The notes under the pieces: model-generated
What the model was told of the DNA's origin: nothing
Database searches by the model: none
The model's input: the letters and a program-made list of their open reading frames with translations, nothing else
In this document: positions 20,074 through 30,116 of the stretch, in pieces
How positions within the stretch are numbered: the stretch's first letter is position 1
Layout: each line of letters begins with the position of its first letter
Assembly: GCA_963836755.1 (NCBI GenBank)
Contig: CAWIKF010000001.1
Coordinates: forward strand, 192,001 to 256,000
DNA from: an uncultured Verrucomicrobiae bacterium
GTDB taxonomy: Bacteria; Verrucomicrobiota; Verrucomicrobiia; Chthoniobacterales; Chthoniobacteraceae
Direction of reading: 5' to 3'
Length of the DNA stretch: 64,000 nt
Translations under genes and position numbers: made by a program

Positions 20074-21111
20074 TTAAAAAACGAGCCGCACCTTGCCCGA
20101 ACCTTTTTCGATTCGGCCGATATTCTTTGCGCGCGTGAGCTTGATCGCAGCGGCGGCGTCGCGCTCGGCGACAATAATCACCATGCCGATTCCCATGTTA
20201 AACACTTGATACATTTCCGTTGGATCCACTTTTCCGCCGAGCTGGATGATCTGGAAAATTGCCGGCACTTTCCACGCCTTCGTTTCGATTTTTGCGTCGC
20301 ACTTTTTCGGCAGCACGCGCGGCAGATTGTCGATCAATCCGCCGCCGGTAATGTGCGCGAATCCTTTGGCCATGCCGATTGGCAGCGATGCGAGCAGCGG
20401 CTGGTAGTTCCGATGCACGCGCAGCAATTCCTCGCCGAGCGGCTTCGAAAGCCCCTCGCATTTACTCGAAAGTTTTAATCCCATTTGATCGAGTAAAACT
20501 TTTCGCGCCAGCGAATAGCCATTCGTGTGAAGGCCGTTCGACGGCAGTCCGAGCACGACATCGCCGGGCTGAACTTTGCTGCCATCGATCATTTTTTCCC
20601 GATCGACCACGCCGACGATCGTGCCGGCGAGATCGTATTCGCCGCGCTGATACATTCCCGGCATTTGCGCCGTTTCGCCGCCGATCAGCGCGCAGCCGGC
20701 GCCTTTGCACGCGGTCGTAAAACCTTTCATCAACTGCCCGAAAACCTCCGGCTCCAGCCGTTCCGCGCCGATGTAATCGAGAAAAAAAAGCGGCCGCGCG
20801 CCGACGACTGCGATGTCGTTCACGCAATGATTTACGAGGTCAGCGCCGACCGTATCGTGCCGATTCATCGCGAACGCCAGCTTCAACTTTGTTCCCACAC
20901 CGTCGACGCTCGAGACCAAAACTGGCTCGCGCATTCCTGTAAAATCCGGTTTAAACAATCCACCGAAGCCGCCGACCTTCCCGAGCACTTCCGGGCCGTG
21001 CGTGACGCGCACGCGCGCGTGGATTTTGCTTTTGATCCGGTTGCCGAGATCGACGTCCACGCCGGCGCGCGCGTATGCCTTTTTCGCCGAATGCTGCGCG
21101 CCGTTCTTCAT
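20074..21111 (-). CDS. purM: Phosphoribosylformylglycinamidine cyclo-ligase
   Basis: YARAGVD, DGVGTK, GGETAQMP, HITGGG, FNMGIG. Confidence 0.97.
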   Translation of the reverse strand: MKNGAQHSAKKAYARAGVDVDLGNRIKSKIHARVRVTHGPEVLGKVGGFGGLFKPDFTGMREPVLVSSVDGVGTKLKLAFAMNRHDTVGADLVNHCVNDIAVVGARPLFFLDYIGAERLEPEVFGQLMKGFTTACKGAGCALIGGETAQMPGMYQRGEYDLAGTIVGVVDREKMIDGSKVQPGDVVLGLPSNGLHTNGYSLARKVLLDQMGLKLSSKCEGLSKPLGEELLRVHRNYQPLLASLPIGMAKGFAHITGGGLIDNLPRVLPKKCDAKIETKAWKVPAIFQIIQLGGKVDPTEMYQVFNMGIGMVIIVAERDAAAAIKLTRAKNIGRIEKGSGKVRLVF

Positions 21112-22565
21112 TTCAGATCAGCGAAAAGCTCGGGATGCTCGTCAGTTTCCGCCAGGAGGTTCGCGCGATTTTGACGCCGTTCCATGATGAATTTGTCGAG
21201 CTTCGGATCGAACGGAATCGGGTAATCGCCCGTGAAACACGCGAGGCAAAAACTCGACTCCGGCTGCCCAGTCGCCCGCACCATTGACGCGGTGTCGAGA
21301 TAGCCGATCGAGTCGGCGCCGAGATATTCGCGTATTTGATCAAGCGAACATTGATTGGCGAGAAGGTTTTTCGGATCGGGAAAATCGATGCCGTAATGGC
21401 ATGCGAAGCGATGCGGCGGGCACGAGATGCGCATGTGGACTTCCGCCGCGCCAGCCTCTCGAAGCGTGACTACGCGGGCTTTCGCGGTCGTCCCGCGCAC
21501 GATCGAGTCGTCGACGACGACGACCCGTTTTCCGGCAACGGCTTCTTTGATGAGGTTCAGTTTTACCCGCACATTGAAATCGCGGATGAGTTGCGTCGGC
21601 TGCAAAAAAGTCCGCCCGATGTAGTGATTGCGCACAAACGCATGCTCGTAGGGAATCCCAAGCTCCTCCGCGAAACCGAGCGCCGCGTAATTTCCCGAGT
21701 CCGGCACCGGCACCACCATGTCCGCTTCCGCCGGATGCAGCCGCGCCAGCTCGCGGCCCATTGCCGTCCGCACGCGGCTCACATTGATATTGGAAATGAT
21801 TGAGTCAGGCCGCGCGAAGTAAACATACTCAAACATGCAGAACGCCTGCTTCTCCGTGTCGAACGGAAACTCCGAGCGAATCCCATTTTCATCAATGATC
21901 ACCACTTCGCCCGGCTCGATTTCGCGGATGAATTCCGCGTGGATCAAATCGAACGCGCACGTCTCGCTCGACAAAACGTAAGCGCCATCCAACTTCCCGA
22001 GCGAGAGCGGCCGGAAGCCGAACGGATCGCGCACGCCGATGATCTCCCGCTCACTCATCAGCACCAGCGAGAAGGCGCCCTCTGCCTTTCGCAACGCCGC
22101 GAGCACGCCGCCTTTCCCGTCCGGCTGCGCCAGCAAATGCAGGATGATTTCGCTATCGACCGTCGTCTGGAAAATCGAGCCGCGCGCCTCGAGTTCCTCG
22201 CGCAAAACCGCCGCATTGATCAGGTTGCCATTGTGCGCGATCGCGAGCTGACCGCGGCCGCAATCGACCACCAGCGGCTGCGCGTTTTTCACAGTGCTCG
22301 AGCCCGTGGTCGAGTAGCGCACATGACCGATCGCCCGAGTGCCTTTCAAATGCTCGATGTCCGTCGGCGAAAAAACCTGTGACACGAGCCCCATGTCTTT
22401 GTGCACTGCGAAAGGCGCGTTCGGTCCGCTTGCCGTCACGATGCCCGCGCTCTCCTGCCCGCGATGCTGCAGCGCGAAGAGGCCGTAATAAGCCAGCACC
22501 GCCGCATTCGGATGCCCGTAAACGGCGAAGACGCCGCACTCGTGAGTCGGTCGGTGAGATTTCAA
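21108..22565 (-). CDS. purF: Amidophosphoribosyltransferase (Fe-S type, short propeptide)
   Basis: ECGVF, LQHRGQESAG, GHVRYST, VDDSIVRGTT, CLAC. Confidence 0.97.
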   Translation of the reverse strand: MKSHRPTHECGVFAVYGHPNAAVLAYYGLFALQHRGQESAGIVTASGPNAPFAVHKDMGLVSQVFSPTDIEHLKGTRAIGHVRYSTTGSSTVKNAQPLVVDCGRGQLAIAHNGNLINAAVLREELEARGSIFQTTVDSEIILHLLAQPDGKGGVLAALRKAEGAFSLVLMSEREIIGVRDPFGFRPLSLGKLDGAYVLSSETCAFDLIHAEFIREIEPGEVVIIDENGIRSEFPFDTEKQAFCMFEYVYFARPDSIISNINVSRVRTAMGRELARLHPAEADMVVPVPDSGNYAALGFAEELGIPYEHAFVRNHYIGRTFLQPTQLIRDFNVRVKLNLIKEAVAGKRVVVVDDSIVRGTTAKARVVTLREAGAAEVHMRISCPPHRFACHYGIDFPDPKNLLANQCSLDQIREYLGADSIGYLDTASMVRATGQPESSFCLACFTGDYPIPFDPKLDKFIMERRQNRANLLAETDEHPELFADLK

Positions 22566-22783
22566 GCGAGAGGCGTCACGCTATCGGAACGCGAAGCGCA
22601 GTCAAGAATCTGGCACTCCCGCCGAAGGTGGAAGTTGTAGCGGCTGCTGCTTCGTTCCCTCGAATCGTGAGTGTGAAAAGACTTCGCCAATGATGAGGAG
22701 TCGCATCTCGCGAAGCGGAAAATGTTTTGATGCCGTTGGCGCATTCATTCCATTTGGTTGCTTTGCGTCTTCCGATGTTTATA

Positions 22784-22801
22784 TATCGTTACAGCCCGAT
22801 A
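22784..22801. promoter_or_regulatory. Putative ArsR autoregulatory operator
   Basis: TATCG-N8-CGATA inverted repeat 5 nt upstream of the ArsR ATG. Confidence 0.35.
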
Positions 22802-22806
22802 CGACG

Positions 22807-23196
22807 ATGCGAAATCTTCTTGCCACGACCAAGGCTTTCGCCGATCCGACGCGTGTGAGGGTCATCTTCGCCTTGCGCGGAAAGGAACTCTGCGTCTCCG
22901 AATTGTGCGATGCACTCCATCTGGTGCAGTCGACGCTCTCGACGCACCTGCAATACTTGCGTCAGGCCGACCTGGTGCAGACGCGGAATCGAGGCAAGTG
23001 GATCTATTATGCGCTCACGAAAAAGTTCGCCCGAGTGGCCTCCGCTCTGTTCCGGTTGCATCGGGTCGAATTGGAGGCCGATGCACGACTTCTGCGCGAC
23101 GCTGCGCGGCTCAAAAAACGCCTCTCGTTGCGCGAGAGCGGATCGTGCTGTCGCGGGTCCGGCCAGATCAGGCGCAACTATCGCGAGAAAGCTTGA
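22807..23196 (+). CDS. ArsR/SmtB-family metalloregulator
   Basis: ADPTRVRV, ELCVSELC, QSTLSTHL, GKWIYY, C-terminal SCC. Confidence 0.88.
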   Translation: MRNLLATTKAFADPTRVRVIFALRGKELCVSELCDALHLVQSTLSTHLQYLRQADLVQTRNRGKWIYYALTKKFARVASALFRLHRVELEADARLLRDAARLKKRLSLRESGSCCRGSGQIRRNYREKA

Positions 23197-23239
23197 GCGC
23201 TACCTGCCTTGAAAAAAAGCGCTAGCCTGCGTAGTCGCC

Positions 23240-23988
23240 GCCGATATCGCAGCCAGAGATAAAGCACGCCGACGGTTGAGATCAGGATTAGAGCTACGAT
23301 CCGTGTGTCATTTGAGCGCCTGGATCGGCCCTTTGAGCAATGCGAGGGGACGATCCCTTGCCGGCGACATTCGCCAGATGAATCGCTCCTTTTTGCAACA
23401 GCACGTAGCCGATCACACCAGGCAGAACCATCAGGAACACAGGCGTGATCTTCAGGCAGACCTGCACGTTTTCGGTCATCACCACTGCTTTCAATCCGCC
23501 GAGCACCGTGTGAAAGCACGATGATGGTCCAGATCATCGGCACTCCGAGGAAGCTCTCGAAGACCTTGGCTGCCGCAAACAAGCTGATGCCGATGTCGAT
23601 CAGCGCCAAGCAGCCCGATGAATGCGAGAAAAGTCCGGGCGGCCGGGCAGTAGCGTCTTTCCATGAACTGCGGAAGCGTCTTCACACCCGATCTGAAATG
23701 GAAGGCGTGAAGATGAGTGCCAGCAGGATCAGGGTGAAGCACGCCATCCATTCGAAATCACCGATGACCATTCCGTCGTGCGCTCCGCCCGCCGCGAGTC
23801 CGACAAGGTGGATGGTCGAGATGTTGGAAGTAAATACCGCCGCGCCGACGGTGAACCAATTCAGCGAATGATTCGCGAGAAAGTTTGCCCGGTGCTCGCG
23901 TGCCGGCGATAGCCCACGAGAATTCCGAACACGGTGATGCCGATCAGGTAAATCGCGATGATCGCGGCGTCGATGGGGATGCGTTCAT
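23240..23988 (-). pseudogene. Sodium:solute symporter pseudogene (frameshifts and large deletions); ends approximate
   Basis: Fragments in different frames: IDAAIIAIYLIGITVFG, SNISTIHLVGLA, TLPQFMERRY, LGGLKAVVMTE, FLMVLPGVIG, ILISTVGVLYLWLR. Confidence 0.85.
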
Positions 23989-24074
23989 AAAACCGGGCGC
24001 GTCGAATTCGCGGCTGAACTTTGAGGTCCGCTGCGGCTGCGAAAGGCCAGCGCAAAAAGAACTGGGATCAAAGT

Positions 24075-26969
24075 TTACGGCAAACTGGCGCGCGGCTCGC
24101 ACGACTGGCTTTGCACCGAAACGGTGGCGGGTTTCAATCCTTCGCCGGTGGCGGTGAGCGTAAGCGTGCCGGGCCATTTCGTCGATTGCACGATGACTTG
24201 CGCAAAGCCGTTGAAGGCGCTGCGCATCCAAGGCGACGACGGCATCACGGGCTCGCCGATGAGTTCGAGATTCACGTCGGTGTTGAAGCCGCCTTTTTCC
24301 GAATCCTTCGACACGCAAACGACGATGACGTTGTCGCCTTCGTGCAGCGATTTTTGGATTGGGAAAGGCGGCTGCGGCATCCAGTTGTTCGTCTCGCCGA
24401 TGCGCTTGCCGTTGACATACAGCAAGCCGTTGTCGCCCATGCCGGCAAAGCGAAGCTGGATCAGCGGATTCGCCAGCTCCTCCTTTGTGAGTTGAATGTG
24501 CGTGCGGAAAATCGCGGCCTTTCCCTCGGGCACGACCTCGGTTGGCCCGGGCTGCGGCGGCGGCGGGAGCTCGGGCCATGAAGAGTCGTTAAAGTCCACA
24601 GCCACCGCTTCCGGCGGGGCAGCGTCACGACGTTTCGGCACTTCGCCAAGTTTCCAGCGCCAGCCTGTTACGGGGACGTATTTTTTTCGCGGCTCGGCAA
24701 AGTAGGTATCCGCCTCGTGGCAATTAGGGTCGCCGTTGCCGACGCCGATGATGTTTCCCGCGCCTTCGAGTTGGAAATGGATCGCGTTCATCGCAGTCGG
24801 CACCACGCGGCCTTTCTCATCTTTTATCGCGACTGTGAAAACGCTCAGATCCTCGCCGTTGGCGTTGATCTTCGATCGGTCGGGCGTCAACTCCACCGAC
24901 GCCGGCAGGCCCGTCGTTTCGACCCTTGTTTCCGAGACGACCTTACCGTTGTCGTAACCCTTCGCGCTCAAAGTTCCCGGCGCGTATTTCACCTGCCACG
25001 TGGCGTGATAGTTACGCGGCACCGGTTTGCGACCGAGGCTTTCGCCATTGAGGAAAAGTTCGACCTCCGGCGCGTTGCTCAACGCATTCACTTCAATTTC
25101 CTGACCTTCTTTGCCCGGCCAGTTCCAATGCGGCTCGAGATGCAACACTGGCTTATTCGTCCACCAGGATTGCAGATAGTAATAGTTGTCCTTTGGAAAG
25201 CCGCAGATGTCTAAAACCCCAAATTGCGAGCTGATGGCCGGCCATCGATTCGACGGCGCTGGCTCGCCGCGGTAGTCAAAGCCCGTCCAATCAAAGGCGC
25301 CGCTGAGCCACGGGCGGTCGGCAAAAAATGGCCACCATTTTTCGATTCCGCCCAACCGGCAACTCGCGTAGCCGAGCTTCTGATCGCTGTTGTAAATGCC
25401 GCGCGTGCCGAGGTTGCTGCCCTGCTCGCTGCCGAGGTTCGGCTGGTTGGGATGTTTGGCGTGGTAATTTTCCACCATGGGCGCGCGGTCCGGGTTGATG
25501 TTGTAATTCCAGCCGCGCACTTCGAGCGTGCTCTCGAGGCCGGTGTAAACATCGCCCACATTTTCAGCCGCCGTGACCGCGCGCGTCGGGTCGAGCTTCT
25601 TGACCAGCGCCTGCATCGATCCGCCGACCTTGCCGCCATTCACATCGGTCTGCATCGGCTCCTCATTGCAAAGGCTCCAGAAGGCTACGCTCGGGTGATT
25701 GCGATCGCGCCGCACCTGCGATTCCCAGCGGTGAATATTTGCCTCGTCGCTGCCGAGCGTCCGGCTCTCATCCATCACCAGCATGCCGATCTGGTCGCAC
25801 GCATCGAGCAGTTCCGGCGTCGGCGGATTGTGCGCGGTTCGATACGCGTTGCTGAATTCCTTGAGCTTCGCGATACGAAAATATTGCAGCGCGTCCGGCA
25901 ATGCCGCGCCGACTCCCGCGTGATCCTGATGATTGCAGGTGCCGCAGATTTCGTAGTGTTTGCCGTTGAGGAGAAATCCCTCTTTTGCATCAAAGGTCGC
26001 CGTGCGAATGCCAAACGCCGTCTCCTGCCGATCGACAACTTTGCCGCCGACCGACACGGTTGTGACCAGCTTGTAGAGCCGCGGCGTTTCCGGCGACCAG
26101 AGTTCGTATTTGTCCAGCGCGAGATGCTGATTTGCCGCATCGGATGTGAAATCTTTTTGCGAGAGCGGCTCCAGGTTCACCTGTTCCTTCATCTCGCCGA
26201 CTCGCTTCCCGTTCGGATCAAAAAAAGTTTGCACCACACTCGCCTCCGCCGGCTTGTCGAGCGCGTTAACCAACCGCACCTCCGCATGCAACTCCGCTGC
26301 ACCCTCGGGCACATTCTTGGCGAACTTGCTGTAAACAAAAATGCCGTCGGCTGCGATCGCGACCGGCTCGGCTTTATCGAGCCAGACGTGCCGGTAAATC
26401 CCCGCGCCTTCGTAAAACCATCCCTCGAACCGGCTCGCATCCACGCGCACGGCAATCGTGTTCTTTTTGCCAAAGCGGACGAGATCGCTGATGTCCGCGC
26501 GGAAGGGATAATAGCCGCTCTCGTAATGCCCGACGAACCAGCCGTTGACGTAAACCGTCACGTCGCGAAACGCGCCGTCAAATTGCAGCCAGAACCGCTT
26601 CCCGTTGTCGCTCTCCGGCAGCTCAAATGTCCGGCGATACCAGGCGACGCTTGTCCGCGGAAATCCGGGGCCGACCGGCTTGAACCCGTGCCCCGGATCC
26701 GCCGCCGGGTCGAACGGCAACTCGACCGCCCAGTCGTGCGGCAGGTGGATCGTCCGCCACGCGGTGTCGTCAAAGTTCGCCGCAGCCGGCCCTTTATTGA
26801 CGCCGGCCTTGTTGAGATAAAGCGCGTCCGGCCAGTCATCGCCGAGGTGGAATCTCCAGTTCGCGTCGAGCGAAAGATGCTCGTGCGGCGACGCCTCCGC
26901 AGCGGCGAGATGAGGCGCCGCGCCGGCAACAGCAAAGGCGATACAGACAACAAAAAATCGGAGGTTCAT
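24075..26969 (-). CDS. Secreted GH2 beta-galactosidase-like glycoside hydrolase
   Basis: Signal peptide; LPHDW, WFYEGAGIYRHV, NHQDHAGVG, RTAHNPP, WSLCNEE, WTGFDYRGEP. Confidence 0.93.
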   Translation of the reverse strand: MNLRFFVVCIAFAVAGAAPHLAAAEASPHEHLSLDANWRFHLGDDWPDALYLNKAGVNKGPAAANFDDTAWRTIHLPHDWAVELPFDPAADPGHGFKPVGPGFPRTSVAWYRRTFELPESDNGKRFWLQFDGAFRDVTVYVNGWFVGHYESGYYPFRADISDLVRFGKKNTIAVRVDASRFEGWFYEGAGIYRHVWLDKAEPVAIAADGIFVYSKFAKNVPEGAAELHAEVRLVNALDKPAEASVVQTFFDPNGKRVGEMKEQVNLEPLSQKDFTSDAANQHLALDKYELWSPETPRLYKLVTTVSVGGKVVDRQETAFGIRTATFDAKEGFLLNGKHYEICGTCNHQDHAGVGAALPDALQYFRIAKLKEFSNAYRTAHNPPTPELLDACDQIGMLVMDESRTLGSDEANIHRWESQVRRDRNHPSVAFWSLCNEEPMQTDVNGGKVGGSMQALVKKLDPTRAVTAAENVGDVYTGLESTLEVRGWNYNINPDRAPMVENYHAKHPNQPNLGSEQGSNLGTRGIYNSDQKLGYASCRLGGIEKWWPFFADRPWLSGAFDWTGFDYRGEPAPSNRWPAISSQFGVLDICGFPKDNYYYLQSWWTNKPVLHLEPHWNWPGKEGQEIEVNALSNAPEVELFLNGESLGRKPVPRNYHATWQVKYAPGTLSAKGYDNGKVVSETRVETTGLPASVELTPDRSKINANGEDLSVFTVAIKDEKGRVVPTAMNAIHFQLEGAGNIIGVGNGDPNCHEADTYFAEPRKKYVPVTGWRWKLGEVPKRRDAAPPEAVAVDFNDSSWPELPPPPQPGPTEVVPEGKAAIFRTHIQLTKEELANPLIQLRFAGMGDNGLLYVNGKRIGETNNWMPQPPFPIQKSLHEGDNVIVVCVSKDSEKGGFNTDVNLELIGEPVMPSSPWMRSAFNGFAQVIVQSTKWPGTLTLTATGEGLKPATVSVQSQSCEPRASLP

Positions 26970-27219
26970 TTTTTTTTGGAGGTGAATGTTTTGAGAAAAT
27001 CAACCTTCTGCCTTCTCGTGCGGAGAGGATCAAATTTCGTTTGAGGATATAGACCAACAGATGACGAGAAGTCTAGGGCGAAAGTTTAATCTCTCGCCCA
27101 ATCACCTTCCGTCCGACTATCGACAACGCCGCTCGCGCTTTATACAGTATCCCAACGGGCGGATCGGTCGTAAGCCGCTTCTGAGTCGCCTTTTAGAAAT
27201 CCGCAACAGCCCACCTATC

Positions 27220-28170
27220 GTGACACCTACTATCTCCGGTCTGCACCACGTTACCGCCATCGCCGGCGATCCACAGCGAAACCTGGACTTCTATGCCGGC
27301 GTGCTCGGCCTCCGCCTCGTCAAGCGCACCGTAAATTTCGATGACCCCGGCACCTACCATTTCTACTTCGGCGATGCGATGGGATCGCCGGGGACAATCC
27401 TCACCTTCTTTCCGTGGGCGGGGGTGCCGCGCGGGACTCGTGGGACTGGCGAAGTTCAGGCTACTTCCTTCGCCGTTCCGGCCAGCAGCGTCAGCTTTTG
27501 GATCGACCGCCTCAGAGCCAGTCACGTAGCCGCAGAGCGAGCAACCGAGCGGTTCGGCGAAGAAGTGGTCCGTTTCGCGGATCCCGATGGAATGGGCCTG
27601 GAGCTAATAGCGACAACGCCGCTGCCAAAGGTCGCTCCGTGGGACAAAAGTGGCATTCCGGAGGAATTCGCGATCCGCGGACTTCACAGCGTCACCGGCG
27701 CGCTCGAAGGCTACGAGCGCACAGCCGCGCTGCTGACTGATGTGCTTGGGTATCGCCTGCATTCCCAAGATCAAAATCGCTTTCGTTTCGCCATCGGCGA
27801 TGGCAAAGATCCCGGGCAGATACTCGACCTCCTCTGCACGCCCGACAATCATCGCGGGCGCTCCGGCGCTGGCAGCGTGCATCACATCGCCTTTCGCGCG
27901 CCCGATGATGTGCAACAGCTCGCATGGCGCGAGCGGCTCGTCGATCTCGGCTACAACGTCAGCCCCGTCATGGATCGCGACTACTTTCACTCCATCTACT
28001 TTCGCGAGCCCGGCGGAATTCTTTTCGAAATCGCTACCGATCCGCCTGGCTTCGCTCTCGATGAGTCCATCGACGAGCTCGGTCGGAATCTGAAGCTCCC
28101 GAAATGGGCTGAGTCGCAACGCGACCGGCTGCTACAGATTCTTCCCGTCATCACGGTTCCCCATGTCTGA
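27220..28170 (+). CDS. Ring-cleaving dioxygenase, VOC family (MhqO/LinE-like)
   Basis: GLHHVTAI, TVNFDDPGTYH, VHHIAFR, DRDYFHSIYFREPGGILFEIAT; GTG start assumed. Confidence 0.92.
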   Translation: MTPTISGLHHVTAIAGDPQRNLDFYAGVLGLRLVKRTVNFDDPGTYHFYFGDAMGSPGTILTFFPWAGVPRGTRGTGEVQATSFAVPASSVSFWIDRLRASHVAAERATERFGEEVVRFADPDGMGLELIATTPLPKVAPWDKSGIPEEFAIRGLHSVTGALEGYERTAALLTDVLGYRLHSQDQNRFRFAIGDGKDPGQILDLLCTPDNHRGRSGAGSVHHIAFRAPDDVQQLAWRERLVDLGYNVSPVMDRDYFHSIYFREPGGILFEIATDPPGFALDESIDELGRNLKLPKWAESQRDRLLQILPVITVPHV

Positions 28171-28795
28171 CGCGCTCGGATTCTCGCATCGCTTTATCGC
28201 CGGAGAGCAAGGCGACTCCGGGCCTGTGCTGCTTCTCCTGCACGGCACGGGCGGAAACGAGGATGATCTGCTCGATCTCGGGCGCACGCTTCGGCCTGGC
28301 GCCGCGTTGCTCAGCCCGCGCGGCAAAGTTTTGGAAAATGGAATGCCGCGTTTCTTCCGCCGCCTCGCCGAGGGAGTCTTCGACGAAAAAGATCTCATCG
28401 CGCGAACGCACGAGCTTGCGGACTTCGTCGCGCACGCAGCCGACGAGTATGCATTCGATATCGAGACTGTCGTCGCCGTCGGTTATTCCAACGGGGCGAA
28501 TATCGCTGCGAGCGCCTTGTTGCTGCGCCCCGGATTACTGGCGGGGGCCGTGCTGTTCCGCGCGATGGTCCCACTCGTCCCGGAGCAGCTTCCGGATCTT
28601 CAGCATCTTCCCGTCTTCCTGGCCGCGGGCCGGAACGATCCCATCATTCCGCCGCAAAACACGGAGCAACTCGCCACGATGCTGCGCACGGCTGGCGCCA
28701 AAGTAGTGCTGCAATGGAGCGCCGGCGGCCATGGACTTGGTATTGCGGAAATCGAGCAAGGCAAAGAATGGTTGGATTCCACTTACCCGTCTTGA
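28163..28795 (+). CDS. Phospholipase/carboxylesterase (MhqD-like)
   Basis: LHGTGG, GYSNGA, DP and GH triad; overlaps the dioxygenase gene. Confidence 0.9.
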   Translation: MSDALGFSHRFIAGEQGDSGPVLLLLHGTGGNEDDLLDLGRTLRPGAALLSPRGKVLENGMPRFFRRLAEGVFDEKDLIARTHELADFVAHAADEYAFDIETVVAVGYSNGANIAASALLLRPGLLAGAVLFRAMVPLVPEQLPDLQHLPVFLAAGRNDPIIPPQNTEQLATMLRTAGAKVVLQWSAGGHGLGIAEIEQGKEWLDSTYPS

Positions 28796-28851
28796 TCCGC
28801 CGCAATTCGGTGGGATGAACATGGACGAACTCGACGCAGCGAAATCGTAGG

Positions 28852-29727
28852 ATGCTGCCCAGAATCCTGATTGGCACTGCCAGCTGGCAGGACAAAGAAT
28901 TCGTGCGGGACTGGTATCCGCCGGGCCTGAGCGCGCGCGAGTTGCTGCCATGGTATTCCGCGCATTTCAATTTCGTGGAGGTCAACTCCAGCTTTTACGG
29001 CATTCCGAAACAAAAGAGTGTGCAGACTTGGTGCGAGCAGACGCCCGAGGATTTCGTTTTTGACGTGAAGCTGCACAAAATTCTTTCGCGCCACTCTGCG
29101 GGACCGGAAATGCTCCCGCCCGATTTGCGGAACAAGGCGAGACTTTGGCGCGGCAAGATTGACCTCACGCCCGAACTCGAAGAAGCAGTCGCCGAGCGGT
29201 TCCTTTCCGAGATCGCGCCACTGCGGGAGAGTGGCAAGCTCGGCGCGCTGCTGTTGCAACTTTCACCCGCGTTCAGTCCGCATGAGCACCAGTTGGATGA
29301 GCTCAATCATCTGCTCCATGTCTTGCGCGAGCAGCCGGTCGCCATTGAACTGCGCAACCGCAACTGGATGACGGGCGAACAGCAGGAAGTGACGACTGCC
29401 TGGTTTCGAAAACGGAGTGTGCCGCTGGTGATGGTCGATGCGCCCGCGGCCGAGCATTTCACGATCATGCCGCGCTTTGACATCGTGACTTCTCCAGTCC
29501 TGGCTTACCTTCGGCTGCACGGTCGGGATGAACATGCCTACACCACCGGCAAAACGGTTGCGACTCGGTTCGACTACGACTACTCGGAAGAGGAATTGGA
29601 TGAAGTGGCTGAGCGAGTGGAGGTGCTCACCGAGCAGGTGCAACAGGTGCATGTAGTCTTCAACAACAACCGCTCCCGCTATGCGCCCAAAGCCGCCGAG
29701 AGGTTGCGGCAGGTATTGAAGGTTTGA
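28852..29727 (+). CDS. DUF72 (YecE-like) protein
   Basis: IGTASW, VEVNSSFY, LLQLSP, ELRNR, YLRLHG, YDYS, FNNN. Confidence 0.9.
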   Translation: MLPRILIGTASWQDKEFVRDWYPPGLSARELLPWYSAHFNFVEVNSSFYGIPKQKSVQTWCEQTPEDFVFDVKLHKILSRHSAGPEMLPPDLRNKARLWRGKIDLTPELEEAVAERFLSEIAPLRESGKLGALLLQLSPAFSPHEHQLDELNHLLHVLREQPVAIELRNRNWMTGEQQEVTTAWFRKRSVPLVMVDAPAAEHFTIMPRFDIVTSPVLAYLRLHGRDEHAYTTGKTVATRFDYDYSEEELDEVAERVEVLTEQVQQVHVVFNNNRSRYAPKAAERLRQVLKV

Positions 29728-30116
29728 TTGCGAAAGAACTCACCGAAAATTCGTGCGAGGCGAAACGGCCAACTCTTCCGGTGCAAGCGCTTTGATCGCT
29801 CCATGGAGCCGATTGTTACCAAAGGTCTCGTCCGTTCGCGTTTTGTAATAACCTTTATCACGTTACCTGCGGGAATTTTTCTGCCCTGGCGACAGCGGTG
29901 AACGTCACCGCTTTTCCCGCGGCTGTAGAGAGAGTCGCTCACACATCGGCCTCGGGTGCCCTCTGTGCGTGTTCCGCAAAAAAGCACAACGCTACACTCT
30001 AAATGACACACGAAAAAAGATGAAACCATCATAGCTACCACTACTCTTCATTCAGCCTAAACGGCTGTCTTTGACCAAGCTCTAAGACCGTTCCAGTAAG
30101 CTCCTCGATCCTCCAA

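Noticed and set aside
25224..27044. 606-aa plus-strand ORF opposite the GH2
   Set aside because: Antisense shadow of a clearly identified gene in GC-rich DNA.
29869..29920. Riboswitch upstream of gene A (GCGGGAA/TTCCCGC enclosing AGCGGTGA/TCACCGCT)
   Set aside because: No match to any riboswitch consensus I know, single copy, and plausible by chance.
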